A DNA stretch of 64,000 nt from Chrysomallon squamiferum (GCA_012295275.1 CM022674.1:372001-436000); one strand, 5' to 3'. Shown: positions 42,783-57,661, counted from the stretch's first letter. Made by a program: numbers and translations. Notes: generated by a model from the sequence alone, not told the origin.

Positions 42783-43935
42783 ACGAGTGAAAGAGAGAAC
42801 GAGGGAGAGAGAGATGGAATGTATGCGAGAGAGAGAATAAGAGAATGTGTGAGAGAGAAACAGAGAGAGAGAGATTCAGCTAAAACTCATTTCATGACAG
42901 TTTTTTCTGTTACTGGAACCAAATTCTCTGTACACTGCACCTGCATCCTTACACCCCGTTCACAGTGAAGCGGTAACAGATGATGTTAACATTACAATAA
43001 ATGAATAAACTGAATGCTATTAGTCAGCTGCATGATAAATATAGTTCATGAAATTAACAATATGTCAGAACAATATGTCAGAACGAAACATGTTCATCTA
43101 ATTACTTTAATTCACACATATTTATTTTATTTTATTTTTTATTTTAATTATTTAATTAATTAATTTAATTTATTATTATCATCATCATCATCATGACCAT
43201 CGTCATCATCATCACCATGATCATGGTTGTTGTCTGGTTTTTCTTTAGTTTTTGTATCTTTACGTAGGTATATATATATATTATTATTATTATTATTATT
43301 GTTGTTGTTTTCTTTTTTCTTCTTTTTTTAATAAACAGTACATTTCTGAAAAGGTAAGTAAAAAAAAAGCCACTTAAATTTTTCTCTTTACCACAAGCGG
43401 TACTCAAGCGACGTCATACGTTGAGTAATCAAAATGGCGGACTGCACCGCGTGGATTTCCGTTCTGCGTGCACACAGATACGTGCAGAAGATAAACACAC
43501 ATGTACAAAGTGCGTGAACCTTCACTTGCCAAACTGTAATTACGTCGAGTGATATGCAATGGAAATAATATCTTTCCTACAAGTTGGTGGCGTAATTGAA
43601 TGCACACAATGTCTGCCTCCTTTTCGCCGAGGTAAACGAAAAGATTTAACTAGAAAACTAATTACGTATGATCATAGATATCGTAAAGTGATAGTCAGGT
43701 TTCATGTCAGTTGTCGGGGTGATACGGTACAATGTTGAAATGACGACGTCGTGTATGTGGGTGTTCTTATCTTTTTACGTACGTCGTTGAGGCCTTTAAA
43801 AAATGTTTGCTTTAATACTGTGTTAAACGTGTTCTTCATATTGTTGTTGTTTTTCGTCTTCTTATCATTTTTTTTCGTCATCATCATCACCATCATCACC
43901 TTTATCGTTATCTTCTTCTGCGTCTTCACATTCAC

Positions 43936-43966
<31 letters not shown>

Positions 43967-44557
43967 TTCTTCGTCTTCTTCTACTTTTTCTTTTTCTTCA
44001 TTTTCTAGGTGTACAGTGTATTTATCCATTACACAAGCATATGGTTATACTAGTGCATAGTGATAATAAATTTGAATGATCTTGAAATAAATAAACAAAC
44101 AAACAAAATAAGTACTTTTTATTCTATTCTATTTAAATCATATGGACAACAATGAATTGTGAAAGAAAACAAAAAAAATGAAAAAAGTGCTTGTTTCTAC
44201 GTCATCGCGATTATGTCGTTACTCGAAGTTACCCTTTAAGTAACAAAGGTTTGTAAATTTATCACAAACCGGTGTATATTTCGATTGTTATATCGTATGT
44301 ATAAGTTATTTGCTTGACTGTGGTTGTGATGTACAGACAAAGATATTTAGACTCACTTTTTCCATCCGCCTAACACATCGAAACAAGCCGATGTTATGTC
44401 TGTATAGGTACCTTCTATATATGTGCCTGGCTGTCTGCCTGGCTGTCTGCCTGTCTGTCTATCTATCTATCAAAATTAAACTTACAAAAAAAAATAAAAA
44501 ATAAAAATAAAAATAAAAAAATAAAAAAATTCACAGGTATAATGGAATGTCTTGATT

Positions 44558-44642
<85 letters not shown>

Positions 44643-45547
44643 TTGTCTCTGTCTGGTATTTATTTTAAAATAAAAATAAAAATAACAACAAGTGAAAATT
44701 CTCGCTTTTTTACGAAGTGTACAAAATACATTTACGTATTTGTTGACACCACTGTCGGTACATTTTATCAGTCGTATAATTTGTTGTTTTGATGTTCTTG
44801 CTGCGTCATTAGACTCGCCCCATGACGTCAACTATTTACGACTGTCTTACTTCAGACCGAGTGAACCGCCATTACACAGCATTAATCACAGCCCACTTAA
44901 CAAACACTATCAACCAATCACAGAAGCGGACACATATTTAACCTAACCATAAAAAACACACACTCCCTTCTTTTGTGTTTTCTCCTCCAGTTTTCCGCGC
45001 ACCTTTTCTGTAATTGCTCCTTTGTTTGATTCGAAATATTTCCTTCCTTTTCTCCGATCATAAAATCTGCACAGAATCCCTTGAAGTGTTTTGCGAGTCC
45101 CAGTTTATTTATCGCAATTGGCCTCAAATGACCGAAAAGGACCGCCAAAGGCTTTTGACAAACACTTTTATGGCTACGATTAAAAAGTATACCACTGTAA
45201 GTAAAAAAACGTTTTCACAAAGAATATTGTTGTATTCTCGTTACTCTTGTATGTGACGAGCTGGATGTTTGTGTTTGTGGGTGATAAACACGATATTTGT
45301 ATCTAATAATGGTGTGTGAAAATGAAAAGGTAAAAAAGTAGTCACATATATTTTATCTGCTTGGGTTAGTCAGTGATCATGATGAGAGATTGAAAATGTT
45401 TTTTTGGATGTCTTTCACAACACGGGGTCGTTTCTGTAATTATATGTTTTAATGCAGGTGTGGTTGTATGTGTGAGAGTGTAATGTATGTACACAGCTGT
45501 GTATATGTATATATGTATGTATATATATATATATATCTGTATGTATG

Positions 45548-45586
<39 letters not shown>

Positions 45587-45605
45587 GTATCAGTGTGTAT
45601 CTTTG

Positions 45606-45649
<44 letters not shown>

Positions 45650-48600
45650 GACATCGTCAGATATTTTCGAGTAAAATAATCCATTTTTAGTTATATTCTG
45701 CTTAGTTCGTTCAAACGTTTGTTTGACCATTTCTCTCTGTAAATTCGAAGAAGGAAATTAGTAAACCAGCAATAATTAAAAATAAAATAAAATAAAATAA
45801 GTAGCTGTATTAGCGAGAACCATAAAAGCAACAACAACAACAGTAGCAGTTTAGTAGTAGTAGTAGTAGTAGTAGTAGTAGGAGGAGGAGGAGGAGGAGG
45901 AGGAGGAGGAGGTGGTGGAGTAATGACAGTGGTAGTTGTTGCTGTAATGTTGGTGGTGGTAGTAATAATAATAATAATAATCATTGTTATTATTATTATT
46001 GGATTTGTTGTTGTTGTTGTTGTTGATATTGTTGCTGTATTTTTAATTTTTTGATAAATTTAATTTATTTATTTTTTTTTTTTTTATTTTTTTATTTTTT
46101 TATTCCCGATATATTAAAACTGTACAAGTACAGAAAAAATGGAGGTACGGTCAAAGCCTTTACTCTCGTGAGCAGATATTTCCGCTTCCATTCCACACCA
46201 CACACATCACTCCGCATCAGTCATTACCACTGACAGCAGACAGAAGTTCCGCAGTTCCGTCTGATCGAATGCGTGAATACTTAAAACACGTCTCCCGTAC
46301 AGGAGTTTCAACTCCTAAGGGAGCTAACTCCTGTTGTAATATTACACAGTAAAGAAATAGTAAAAAGGATTAAAAACGTAAAAAGTTGAAGAGAAAGCAA
46401 AACTGAATGACAGAATCCATATGGAGGAAAAAATACTACTACTAATCCTTACTACTACTACTATTACTACAACCAACTGCTACTGCTACTACTACTACTA
46501 CTACTACTACTACAGCTACTGATATTGATATTACTTCTACTATTACAACTGCTACTACTACTACTACAACTCTGGTACTCCAACTACTCCTACTACTACT
46601 ATTACTGCAGCTATTTTTATTATTATTATTATTATTATATTTATTATTATTATTATTATTACTATTATTATTATTATTATCAGAAGAAGAAGAAGAAGAA
46701 GAAGAAGAGTTTAGACCACACTACACGAAAGCTACAGTGTTTATCTCAGTATATACTGTAGCTGTTCACTGAACGAACAAATACACACAAGGACGAATAT
46801 TAAATATCAGTTTATTATCAGTGTAAGACAAAACCAGGTCAAAAGACGACATGGCCACTTTCAAAAACAAACCGAGCTTCAGAATTTCTCAGTTACAGCG
46901 TCATTATGAAAACGGGTATGTCTGATAATATCGTGTTCTTTTTTTTCTTCTTTTTTTTTTACTTTTTTTTTTCCATTTCTAACGTTCTAAATTTTTCGAT
47001 TACAGGAACATTACGAAAACAGACATGTCCGATGTCATCGTCTTATTTTATCTTATTATTTTTTTTCCTTTTAGAGAGTTCACCTTTAATGGTTTTGACC
47101 ACGAGTTATTTTATCTTTGACATGCGCACAGCATGGGAAATAAAGGTCTACATTTCTAGCACTTAACGTAGAACTATTGACAGTTACAAGTAAGGTCATT
47201 TGGTGGTAACGACCTCAGATGTAGAACAGTGCTTCGGGTTCATTACTGTGTGATACGTTCTTTCCCTTATTTCCTGTTCTAGCGATAGTTAAGAGTCCCA
47301 GTCGTCTTCATTATATGCAGGTGTATCAGGTTTACACGATTTATTTATCAACTTCCTTCAGAATAATTTTCTTTGCTTTCTAGGGGAAGGATATATTAAA
47401 TAATTATTTCTGCTAATAGATATACAGTTTCCTATACGATAGCGGTAAAAATATTTTTCAGATCCTTATTTGAATAACAACAACAGCAACAACTCCAAAA
47501 AAAATAAAAAAATAATAATAACAACAACAACAACAGGTTGAACGACGATAAAATGAAAAGAAACAATATTAAAGAAAAAAGAAAGAAAGGAAAAATTAAT
47601 AAATGAAAAAATTAACCGACTAATTTGATAAAACTCAACGTCAATAAGTATGGGGAAGCTAAAACACGGAATCATTAAAAACATTCTTGATTCGGGCACC
47701 TCCACAAGAAGAATAAACTAATAATAAAAACCTCTAATATGAATAACAGTTATTATTTGCAGAATGAATGATAATCACAAACTTAATAACAAACAGAACA
47801 TAAATAATTCAAATAATATTTTTTGCTTACAGAAGGCTTCTCGAATAAGTAAAAGTTCTTTTCATTTTTTTGTAATTCTTTCTTCTTTCTCCTCTTTAAA
47901 TTTTTTTTTATTTTGTTGTTTAAAAGTTGACTCTGGTTGCTTGCGGTATTTAACGGTTCTTTCCGGAAAGCTTCGCGACAAAAGCGCAATGGTTTCCACT
48001 CATTAATATTCACGCCCCTGTTAATTCTAAGTGTTCTCTTTGATTTTCAGCGCTAAAAGCTTCAATACAGAACGAAAGGGTCACTTGGGGATATGTAAAT
48101 AACATGAAGTTGTAGCCGAGTGCCCCTTATGAAAAGTAAAATAAAAACACGCTTTTATCAGTTACGAACAGAAAAGCAAAGGGCGGAGGAATACAGGAGT
48201 CTTGTTGAGTTTGAGTGAAATAACAAATGTAAGTTGTAAGTAAGAAATGAAATTGCTTTATTTGATGATTTTACACCTGTACGTGGTTAGAAACCTAGCA
48301 TACAGTGAGGAACAACAGCTGGGGTGTTATTTATTTATTTATTATTATCGTTAGTAGTAACAGTAGTAATATATATATATATATATATGTACGTACGTAT
48401 GTATGAATGTTTATTAAGTGTTTACGTATGTAAGTATTATTTTATCTGTATATATTTTTGTGTGTATTTATGTTTGTATTCACTCACCAGTCTACTAAAA
48501 TGCACCCACTGACCCAAAACGACGTGTCAAGGTCATCACCTAAGGTCATCTGCCAGAATGCGAGAACGTTTAGAATTATATTGATACTCTGGAAAGGTTT

Positions 48601-49673
48601 TCCTTTCACACCAGTTTCAACTTGATATGATAATTACAGGCTACATTATTTTTGCAATTCCTTTTTTTTTTTCATACCATTTGAAAAAGGTTAATCTAGG
48701 TATAAACGAAATATGCCGGGGCAGACGCGTCCAGAGAAAAAAGGTGGGAGTTGAGATCAGCGCAGACGTGAGGGAAGCAAATGTTTCCAACAAAAATAAT
48801 TACTCAAATAGGTTTGATTTTCCTTAATTATTCAGGAGAGAGAAAAAAAGAGAAAACTTCTATTATTATGGCGGTTATGATTTTTTTTTTAAAAATGAGA
48901 AATTATTGATGTTACTCGGAATGAAACAAATAGACTCCTGCGGCTAAAATTGTCGGGATCACATAGTCGCAGCGGACTGAGTCTAGAACCACGCATCGTT
49001 ACGCTGTTACGCGATTTAATCTGTTTCTAAACTTAAAAGAAGGGGATTCGGGTTTCAATCGATGTATTCCGAAACAGACGTACTGGTTACAGAAAGAAAA
49101 CAAACTTTATTACAAATGATAACAAACTTGAAGAAATTTGATATTTACGTATTTTGCGGGAAGAATTGTTCGCTGAAAGAAAACAGAGGCATTTTGATAC
49201 TTTTTTTTCTGAAAGAGATTTTGAGTTTGTTTTGACGTACCGCATACAATCTTTTTTAAGCGTTTTTTTTTTTTTTTTTTTCATAATCCCTTCGATTTGC
49301 TCTAGGCAGTTTGTGAATAATTATTTCTTTTTCTTTTTTATTCTCCAGAATTTTTAGAGGTTTAAAATATTTTTGAATTCTTTGAGGAATATGCCAGAGT
49401 GGATTTCAAGTTAATGTCTGCAAAGATTCGTAATTTAAATAAAAATCTTACTCGTTTTGATTCTGATTTTATTTTATTTCATTCTGTTTAATTTTATTCA
49501 TCCATCCATCCATTCATCCATTCATTCATTCATTTATTTTATTTTATTTTTATATTTGGTTATCTGATATATATATATATATATATATCATTAAAATAAT
49601 AAAAGTTGGAAAACGAAAAACTATATATCAAGATATGCATAACGATACTGACAAATTTTAATGAAAAGATATA

Positions 49674-49707
<34 letters not shown>

Positions 49708-50558
49708 GGCAGTATTATGCAATGTGACTAAAACTTATTATGTTTATATTTTTAATTTTCAATTCAGTTTTGTTAAATTAAGCATAGAATTTATTTATTT
49801 ATTTTACTTTTTCCTCATCCTTTTTTTTTTTTCTAGAATCTTCCAAATGACTACAACAGATACAAATCATAGATTATAACAATAACAATAACAATGAACA
49901 TCAAACAAAAGTAACAAACTAATGATAAAGCTTCACATGTTTTATTTATTATTGCAACAGTTGACGTCAAAAAATGAATGTATTAAAAAGATCAATGAAA
50001 ATTGTTTACTGAATGACTTTTGAATTGAACAAATCAGTTTTAAAACGAAGATTAGATTTACTGTTACATTACTTTAGTTCTGTCATCACGTTTTCACATA
50101 TTTGAGTGTTAGTAACAGCTTAACAGCTTGTACTGTAGCGCATGTTGTCAGCCTCACCTTATTCCAGTAGCAGTTGTAGTAGTTGTTGTAATACTAGAGT
50201 AACAATAACAATAATAATAATAATAATAATAATTCAGGTTAAGAAATCTTTATCCTTAATGCTTGGAATCGGAATTGTTTCGTATTTGAAACATAAGAAA
50301 ACAGCAAGAGAACAGAATCTATGTCTCAGTAAAAATTCCATTTATTTTTCATATTCAGCTCACGCAGAGAGTCTGCAGGATTTTTAAATCGTATTTTTAA
50401 ATAATATTTTGCATAAAATACGGTTTGCACATGGAAAAATGTCTGAAAACTGTAAGATATTATTATTTCTGCTGCTCAATCTTTAGTAATAGTAATAATA
50501 AAATAAAATAAATAAACATAAAAATACATAAAAAATAAAAGTCAGCAATAAAAATAAT

Positions 50559-50651
<93 letters not shown>

Positions 50652-50959
50652 GTAACCTATGTTTTGAATTACGCTGCTAAAAGAGAGACAACGAAGTGAA
50701 GCAGGATGACAAGAGTATCGGACTAAACAGAAAGTCACAAACAGTTAAAGCAATGTTCAGTGAGGAGCGGGTTCGATCACTTCCAGGAACTCAAAACCCA
50801 CTTTCTGAGAGAAATCTTCCAGGAACTACTTCTTCAGAAACCAACACTGTCATCACCGAAATAATTAATTCGACAACGAACAAAAGGAAACAAAAAAAGG
50901 CAGGCAGCATAACCGCTTCTCTCTGTTCTTCAGGAAAACAAGTGAAAGCGAATGAGTCT

Positions 50960-51151
50960 TCATTTCGTCAGCGAAAACGCCAAAACATCGTCCTCGTCCA
51001 CGTTGTTACAGGAGGGTCTGATACCTCCGTGGACGTCGTCGAGGATGCCGATGATGTTAGAAGCGGGCTCAAAAGAGAACCCGAAGTGTGGCTCGTGCAG
51101 AATGGCATTTCTCCCTGACGCAAAAAACCCTGAAGGAAGAACTACGGACAT
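50960..51151 (-). CDS. Single-exon 63-aa small ORF of unknown family (MSVVLPSGFFASGRNAILHEPHFG...DEDDVLAFSLTK)
   Basis: Non-repetitive GC-rich ORF. First ATG after a well-spaced TATA/Inr, with A at -3 (ccatcATG). Candidate poly(A) signals at 49941-49950 followed by a GT-rich tract. Confidence 0.6.
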   Translation of the reverse strand: MSVVLPSGFFASGRNAILHEPHFGFSFEPASNIIGILDDVHGGIRPSCNNVDEDDVLAFSLTK

Positions 51152-51183
51152 GATGGGAAAATAATGAAAACTGCTGCAGCCGT

Positions 51184-51238
51184 AATGCTCAAACTTGACA
51201 GAACTCTGCTACTTATACCTTGCAACGAACTGACGTCA
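51184..51238 (-). promoter_or_regulatory. Core promoter: palindromic CRE (51231-51238), TATA (TATAAGTA 51217-51210), Inr-like gcAtt at 51186
   Basis: TATA-to-Inr distance is 31 nt, the CRE is 13 nt upstream of TATA, and the ATG is 35 nt downstream of the inferred start. Confidence 0.65.
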
Positions 51239-51357
51239 GCGGTCAGATATAGGTGTCCTTCAAACCAGATGGCTAGAAGAAAGTGAGACACTCCCCACAA
51301 AATAATGAGAAAACTGGGGATGGTTTTAATATTATGCATCTTTTTTCTTCATCATCA

Positions 51358-51400
<43 letters not shown>

Positions 51401-51402
51401 TA

Positions 51403-51470
<68 letters not shown>

Positions 51471-51808
51471 ATTGTTGTTACTGTTGTTATAGGTTTTGCA
51501 CTAATAAATAGTTCTCGTAACAGTGGCGGTGGTAGTAGTAACGATAGTCTTAGTAATGGTTGCAGTGATCGTAGAACTTGTGGTTATTGTATTAGTAGTA
51601 CTAATAGATGTAGTATTGGCATTCATTACTAATAGAAGTAGTAGTAGTAGTAGCAGCAGTAGTAGCAATGGGAGTAGTAGAAGTAGTAGCAGCAGTAGTA
51701 ACAGTAGTGATAGTGGTGAAAGTAATATTAGTAGATACGGTTGTACTAGAAAGGTACTTCTTTTTATAAGAATATCAGTAGGTGTGGTTGGAACAGTTGT
51801 ATAGTAGT

Positions 51809-51936
<128 letters not shown>

Positions 51937-51950
51937 TATATATATATATA

Positions 51951-52261
51951 CACGATTACCTAAAATAGCTATTATTGGATACAATATATAATATATATAT
52001 ATATATAAATGCGGTTTTTGGATTTACGGTGAACGACTCTATTATTTCGGTGAAGGACGGTGTTTAAAAAGGACGAAAAAGAAACAAACTGTTCATCGAT
52101 ATTTGTTTAAAAGTTTTTATATCTGAATACTATTACAGAAATATATATATATAATAAATGCGGTTTTCTTCTTCGATTGTTCTTTCATTGAAGGACGAAA
52201 AGCCAAACTGATGTTCAAAACGAATTTTTAGACCCAGTAACAGCTATTTTAGGTAATCATA
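51951..52261. mobile_element. MITE-like element with terminal inverted repeats
   Basis: GATTACCTAAAATAGCT (51954-51970) and its exact reverse complement AGCTATTTTAGGTAATC (52242-52258), extending inward with mismatches. Internal direct repeat ATAAATGCGGTTTT...GAAGGACG. No ORF. Confidence 0.65.
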
Positions 52262-53503
52262 TGTTTAAGTGGCGTAAATTCGCAATGTATGGAACCTCCT
52301 ATAGTTAGACGGTGTATATTTTTTTACACCAAAAACGTTTATTTTGAGTCATCAGAAACTTAATGCAAAGACATATGTTCAACTACAATGGGATATAATA
52401 CTTATAAATACAGCAGATAAAAGCATTAAAGAATTCGTTATTTCAGTGGAAGCTGCGCCACTGAAATTCGGAAAGATATGTTGTAAACAGGGTACTGGAA
52501 ATACCGAACTCTCTTCACAACGCACGCTACACTGTATTCCGCCTACCTCGGTGTTTTCAGTAGCCACAACGTTAGCTTCATCAACGACTACATCGAGATC
52601 ATCATAATTTACACCGTTCATAAAATCATTGCCAGTTTACGCCATTTAAATATAGGATCATCCTGACTAATATAGGATCATCCTGACTAATTGTAGAGTT
52701 GGTAATCTATGAGAAACACACGCAGATGTGCACTTTGTGGATTTAGTTATTTCGGTTAGTGAGTTCATAGAAAGAACGGAAAGGAAGACTGTTTGATGTT
52801 TTTGTTATGTTTAAGAAGAAATCCAGTTATTTTACAAAAATAATCATGTTGTTTTTTTTAGCCAATAATAGCGTACTAATTATAGAACTAGTAGCCTAGC
52901 AGTGATGATGGAACTAGTATTAGGAGTGGCAGAAACACAGTTGTTCTAGAATGGTACTGTGGTAGAAGTAGTGTTTTTAAAAGAAGGAGTTGTAGTTGCG
53001 GAATAAATATATTTATATTAATAATTGTAGTAGTAGTGTGTAGTAGTAGTGTAATAAAATAAAATAAAATAAAATAAATAAATCCAAAACATTCGACAAA
53101 AACCCGCCAACCAGTGAGCTAATTTTAAATGTGTTAGGTGATATGACAACCGGAAGTGGAAGTATATATATATATATAACTGCGCATGTCAGACTACCAC
53201 ATCTTATTCAGTATTGCAAAATTTCACAAGACACACACACACGCTCACGTTCACGCACACACACACATCAACATTTACACTCAACAAACATACAAAACAC
53301 ACTCACACACACATAAACACTTAGACACGAAAAACATACGCACATATACTGTTCCTCCTTTTTAATGAATAATTTATGTTAATTAATACGTGTACCTTTG
53401 AAGGATGACCAGTGAATAACGTGGCCATAAATTTAACATTTATTTTATTTTATTTTATTTTATTTTATTTTATTTTATTTTAGTTTAGTTTAGTTTAGTT
53501 TAG

Positions 53504-53534
<31 letters not shown>

Positions 53535-53550
53535 TATTTATTTATTTATT

Positions 53551-53586
<36 letters not shown>

Positions 53587-54023
53587 AATCTGAATTATGC
53601 ACGAGGTGAAAATACATTTTTATTATCGTTGAATAATTTATAATTATCTCCTTAAGACATTAATTTCTAGCGTTCATAAACTGTGCACTCTTTTAACGCT
53701 TTCTTCCTCAGCTTTGACGGAATTTGCCGGACCGTTTACGGCTTCGACCGAAGGTCATCAAACTGAACGTAAAACGCTAGGAAATATTTAATGTTTAAGT
53801 TATTGTTAGTATACATGAATAAAACATTGGCACTTCATATATAAAATGATATTATAATGTAGCAGTATGTCTTTATGACTTTTATTTCTTTTTAACTGTC
53901 TGAAAATAGAAACAGAAATCACATAACGATGAAGTTTGGAAAGGAGAGATATTTTATGTTGTTCATAGTTTACTTTAGGATTATTTTTCTTCTTTTTGTG
54001 TATGTGTGTGTGTGTGTATGTGT

Positions 54024-54091
<68 letters not shown>

Positions 54092-55617
54092 AAGCAAATA
54101 ATCAACAATATACAGACATACGGAGACTCTTCCACCCTCAGACACACACACACATACACACACGCACGCACGCACACACACAGACATATATATTCATTCA
54201 TTTCAGTTGTCTGTTTTCTAATATGTTTCTTTCTTTATTTCTCTTTGTTTCAGTAGTATTTTGTTTGTGTGTCTGTCTGTATGTTGACATCTTCATTAAT
54301 TAATTTATTTATTTATTTATTTACTCTGTTCTGTTCTACAACCACAGCGTCATGTCGAGCAGCGTTTATCCTAATTTCAAGGTGATTTCTCGAGATGCTG
54401 TTTCGGTCGTGTGCTATTGTCAGAAACCAGACACGAGGGAGCTGTCATTGTAACAAATTTACCTTTCACGACGAAATCCACCTAATTACAAAACATTTAC
54501 ACAGATAACACAAGAATCAAAACTGACGCGAAACGTTGTTTATGTTCTTTCGTAGTGAAAGTCGCATAATTTCAAAGAATTTAAATACCTGAAGCAAACA
54601 CAAACACAAAGAAACATCCCGTTTAGAACAGCCGAAACAAATAACTTTTACATTTTTGGGTTAACCAAGTATTAAGGGTTTTTTTCTTTCTTTTTTTTTC
54701 TGAGAGATCATTTTTCTGAATTACTAACAAGAATGACTAATGATCGTTTTCCGTTTCAAGAAAAAAAGAAAAAAAAAGAAAGAAAAAGAGTTTTGTCTGA
54801 TTATAATATTATGTGTTGTATTTTTTGTTTGTTGTTTCTTTAACTACAACAACAACGGCACAGTCGTGATAATACGGACAATAGCGGTCGTTAACTGCAG
54901 TTAACAGTTGGTCTGTTTGAACGAAACGTAATCAGAGAGATTAAATTTAACGGTTATGACGCTAATTGTGGTTTCAAAGGACCGATGAAAATAACAAAAG
55001 ACTTGAAAAGTGTTTACACGTTTATATAGTTATTTACTGTTTTGCTATGGCGTGTTTTGACGTGTACGTGTATGAGTGTTTATTTGTGGTTTCTTTCTTT
55101 CTTTGTTGTTTGCTTGTTTATTTATTTATTTATGTTCTGTTGTATTGTCTTATTTTCCACATTCGTATTATTTTTATATCACTATATTACCGCGAATAAT
55201 CGTAAAATTTTAGTACATACATACATACATACATACATACATACATACATACATACATACATACATACATACATACATTCACACATACATACATGCATAC
55301 ATACATATATATACGCACATACATAATACACACACACACGCACGCACAAAAGATTTCGCGGTCTCGTAACATCTCGTCAAATTACGTCAGATAAAATTGA
55401 CACCATGAAAGGTCACATGACACCATGCTAAACCCTGTGAAAGCAGGTGAGGTCATGTGACATCTGCTGACGTCTTGCGAGCTCAGTTTACCTATCTCGT
55501 CTCTTCAAATTTCACCTCTGCTGACATCCCACGCCCTCACGTACACGCACACCACAGTATAGAGTAACACAACACACCAAACACGCACACACCTTTACTG
55601 CAGTTGTCCTTGTTTGT

Positions 55618-55655
55618 CATTATTATTATTATTATTATTATTATCATTATTTTAA

Positions 55656-55691
<36 letters not shown>

Positions 55692-55708
55692 CATTATTAT
55701 TATCATTA

Positions 55709-55739
<31 letters not shown>

Positions 55740-55791
55740 CATCATTATTATTATTATCATCATTATTATTATCATTATTATTATTATTTTC

Positions 55792-55823
<32 letters not shown>

Positions 55824-55842
55824 CATTATTATTATCATTATT

Positions 55843-55893
<51 letters not shown>

Positions 55894-56030
55894 GTTGTTG
55901 TTGTTGTTGATGTTGATGTTGTTGCTGTTAATAATGTTCTGGTTGATCGTATTATTATTGTTATTGTTGTTGTTGTTCTTCTTCTTCTTCTTCTTCTTCT
56001 TCTTATTATTATTCGTCATCATTATAATCA
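55618..56030. repeat. Compound trinucleotide microsatellite (ATT/ATC/GTT/CTT)n
   Basis: Direct inspection. Confidence 0.95.
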
Positions 56031-57251
56031 CTGAAAATATCATTTATTTAACTATGTGTCTAGTAATTAATTTATTTGTTTGTTTATTCATTTATTTATT
56101 TATTTATTTATTTATTTACTTCTTCTCCTTCTTTCTCCGTCGGACTCTGTTACAGAAGTGTAACTACAGATGTGAGATCAACATTTAGATAATCTCACAC
56201 AGGTGGACACCAATAAAACCGGGGCAAATTACAGGTAAGATTAAAGGTAACAGAATAAATCTCAAGACACACTCCAGTTCGGACGTTTAAGAGAAATTTC
56301 GTAGTCGTTTTACAAAATGTTATTTCCCAGATCGACTTAGGGCGGAGTTTTAGTACCGTGCAGATACTTCGTTTCAGTTAATTTATGAATGTTCATCTGA
56401 GGTTACGGAAATACAAGGGGCAAATAACTCCATCTGCAGACGTTTCTTTACCTGTGATGTATTAAACTCACGTTTAGTTTAATATTAAAAGCTGGTACGT
56501 GTCATAAAAAGTAGAAACAGTCATCCATTGGTGAGTCTTTCTGTCTGTCTGTCTGTCTGTCTGGCTGTCTGGCTGATTATTAAGCCGGCTTGTCTGTCTG
56601 TCTGTCTGTTACAAAGAAAGAAGATAGAATAAAACTAACAAAACAAATAGAAGGAAATCAAAAAAAACAAAACAAAAAAAACATGAAATTTAAAGAAATA
56701 AAATAAAAAAAAAAAAAAAAAAACCCAAAAATGAACACAAAGACAAAAATCGTTGAGTCAAGAAAATGAATCACCATTTAATAAAAAAAAAAAATAAATA
56801 AAAAAAAAAAAAAAAAATAATAATAATCAATATTGATTTAAAAAAAATTAAGAATAAAAAAATGTATACTGATATGACAGCTTAAACAAACAAGGAATAA
56901 ATTTAAACTCTTTTAACACAAACTGAGCGCGCTTCATAAATCCACTGACATCACGCAGAGCTGGTTGGCCGAATGTAAATTCCGCCACAGTTTAAAGAGA
57001 TCCGATTTGTTTCCACGTAGCCCAGACACACGCCGCGATCTCTTACCTTTGAAAACAACAGCACGATCCCACCCCGTCCCGTCTACTCGCATAAACCGAT
57101 ATCTCCGAGGTCGCATACCCGCATTATGCGTGCGCTTTCCCACGATATCAGTTAGGACTTTAATTTTATTATTTTTAGATTTATTGTTGTGCTCATATCT
57201 ATGTTGATGTTAATCTGGGTGTCAACGTTGATGTTGTGGTGTTCCTCCTCT

Positions 57252-57284
<33 letters not shown>

Positions 57285-57553
57285 CATTTTATTATTGTTG
57301 TTGTTGTTATTACTATTATTATTATATCTCCTTCGTTTCTTTTTTCTTTTTCTCTCACCTTCACCTGTACATACCTATTCATATTCTCAAAATCTGTCTT
57401 TCCTGACTCTCTCTGTCTTTCTCTCTCTCGTTCTCTTTCCCTCTCTTTCACTCTCCCTCCATCTCTCTTTTGCCCTTTCAATACCACACCCTCTCTTCTC
57501 TCTCTCTGTTTGTCTCTCTTTGTCTTCTGTCTCTCTGTCTCTGTCTGTCGCTC

Positions 57554-57661
<108 letters not shown>

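Noticed and set aside
50696-51118. 140-aa + strand ORF
   Set aside because: It has a GTG start and no promoter, and is codon-aligned antisense to the 63-aa ORF that has the TATA/Kozak support.
51110-51140. Calling the 63-aa ORF a PKI or an antizyme ORF1
   Set aside because: It lacks the RRNA pseudosubstrate, its stop is not in a TCC-TGA context, and there is no long +1 ORF2.
53150-53215. ETS + TATA + TCAGT promoter-like cluster
   Set aside because: The TATA is part of a (TA)n repeat, spacing is off, orientation is ambiguous, and no downstream gene is visible.
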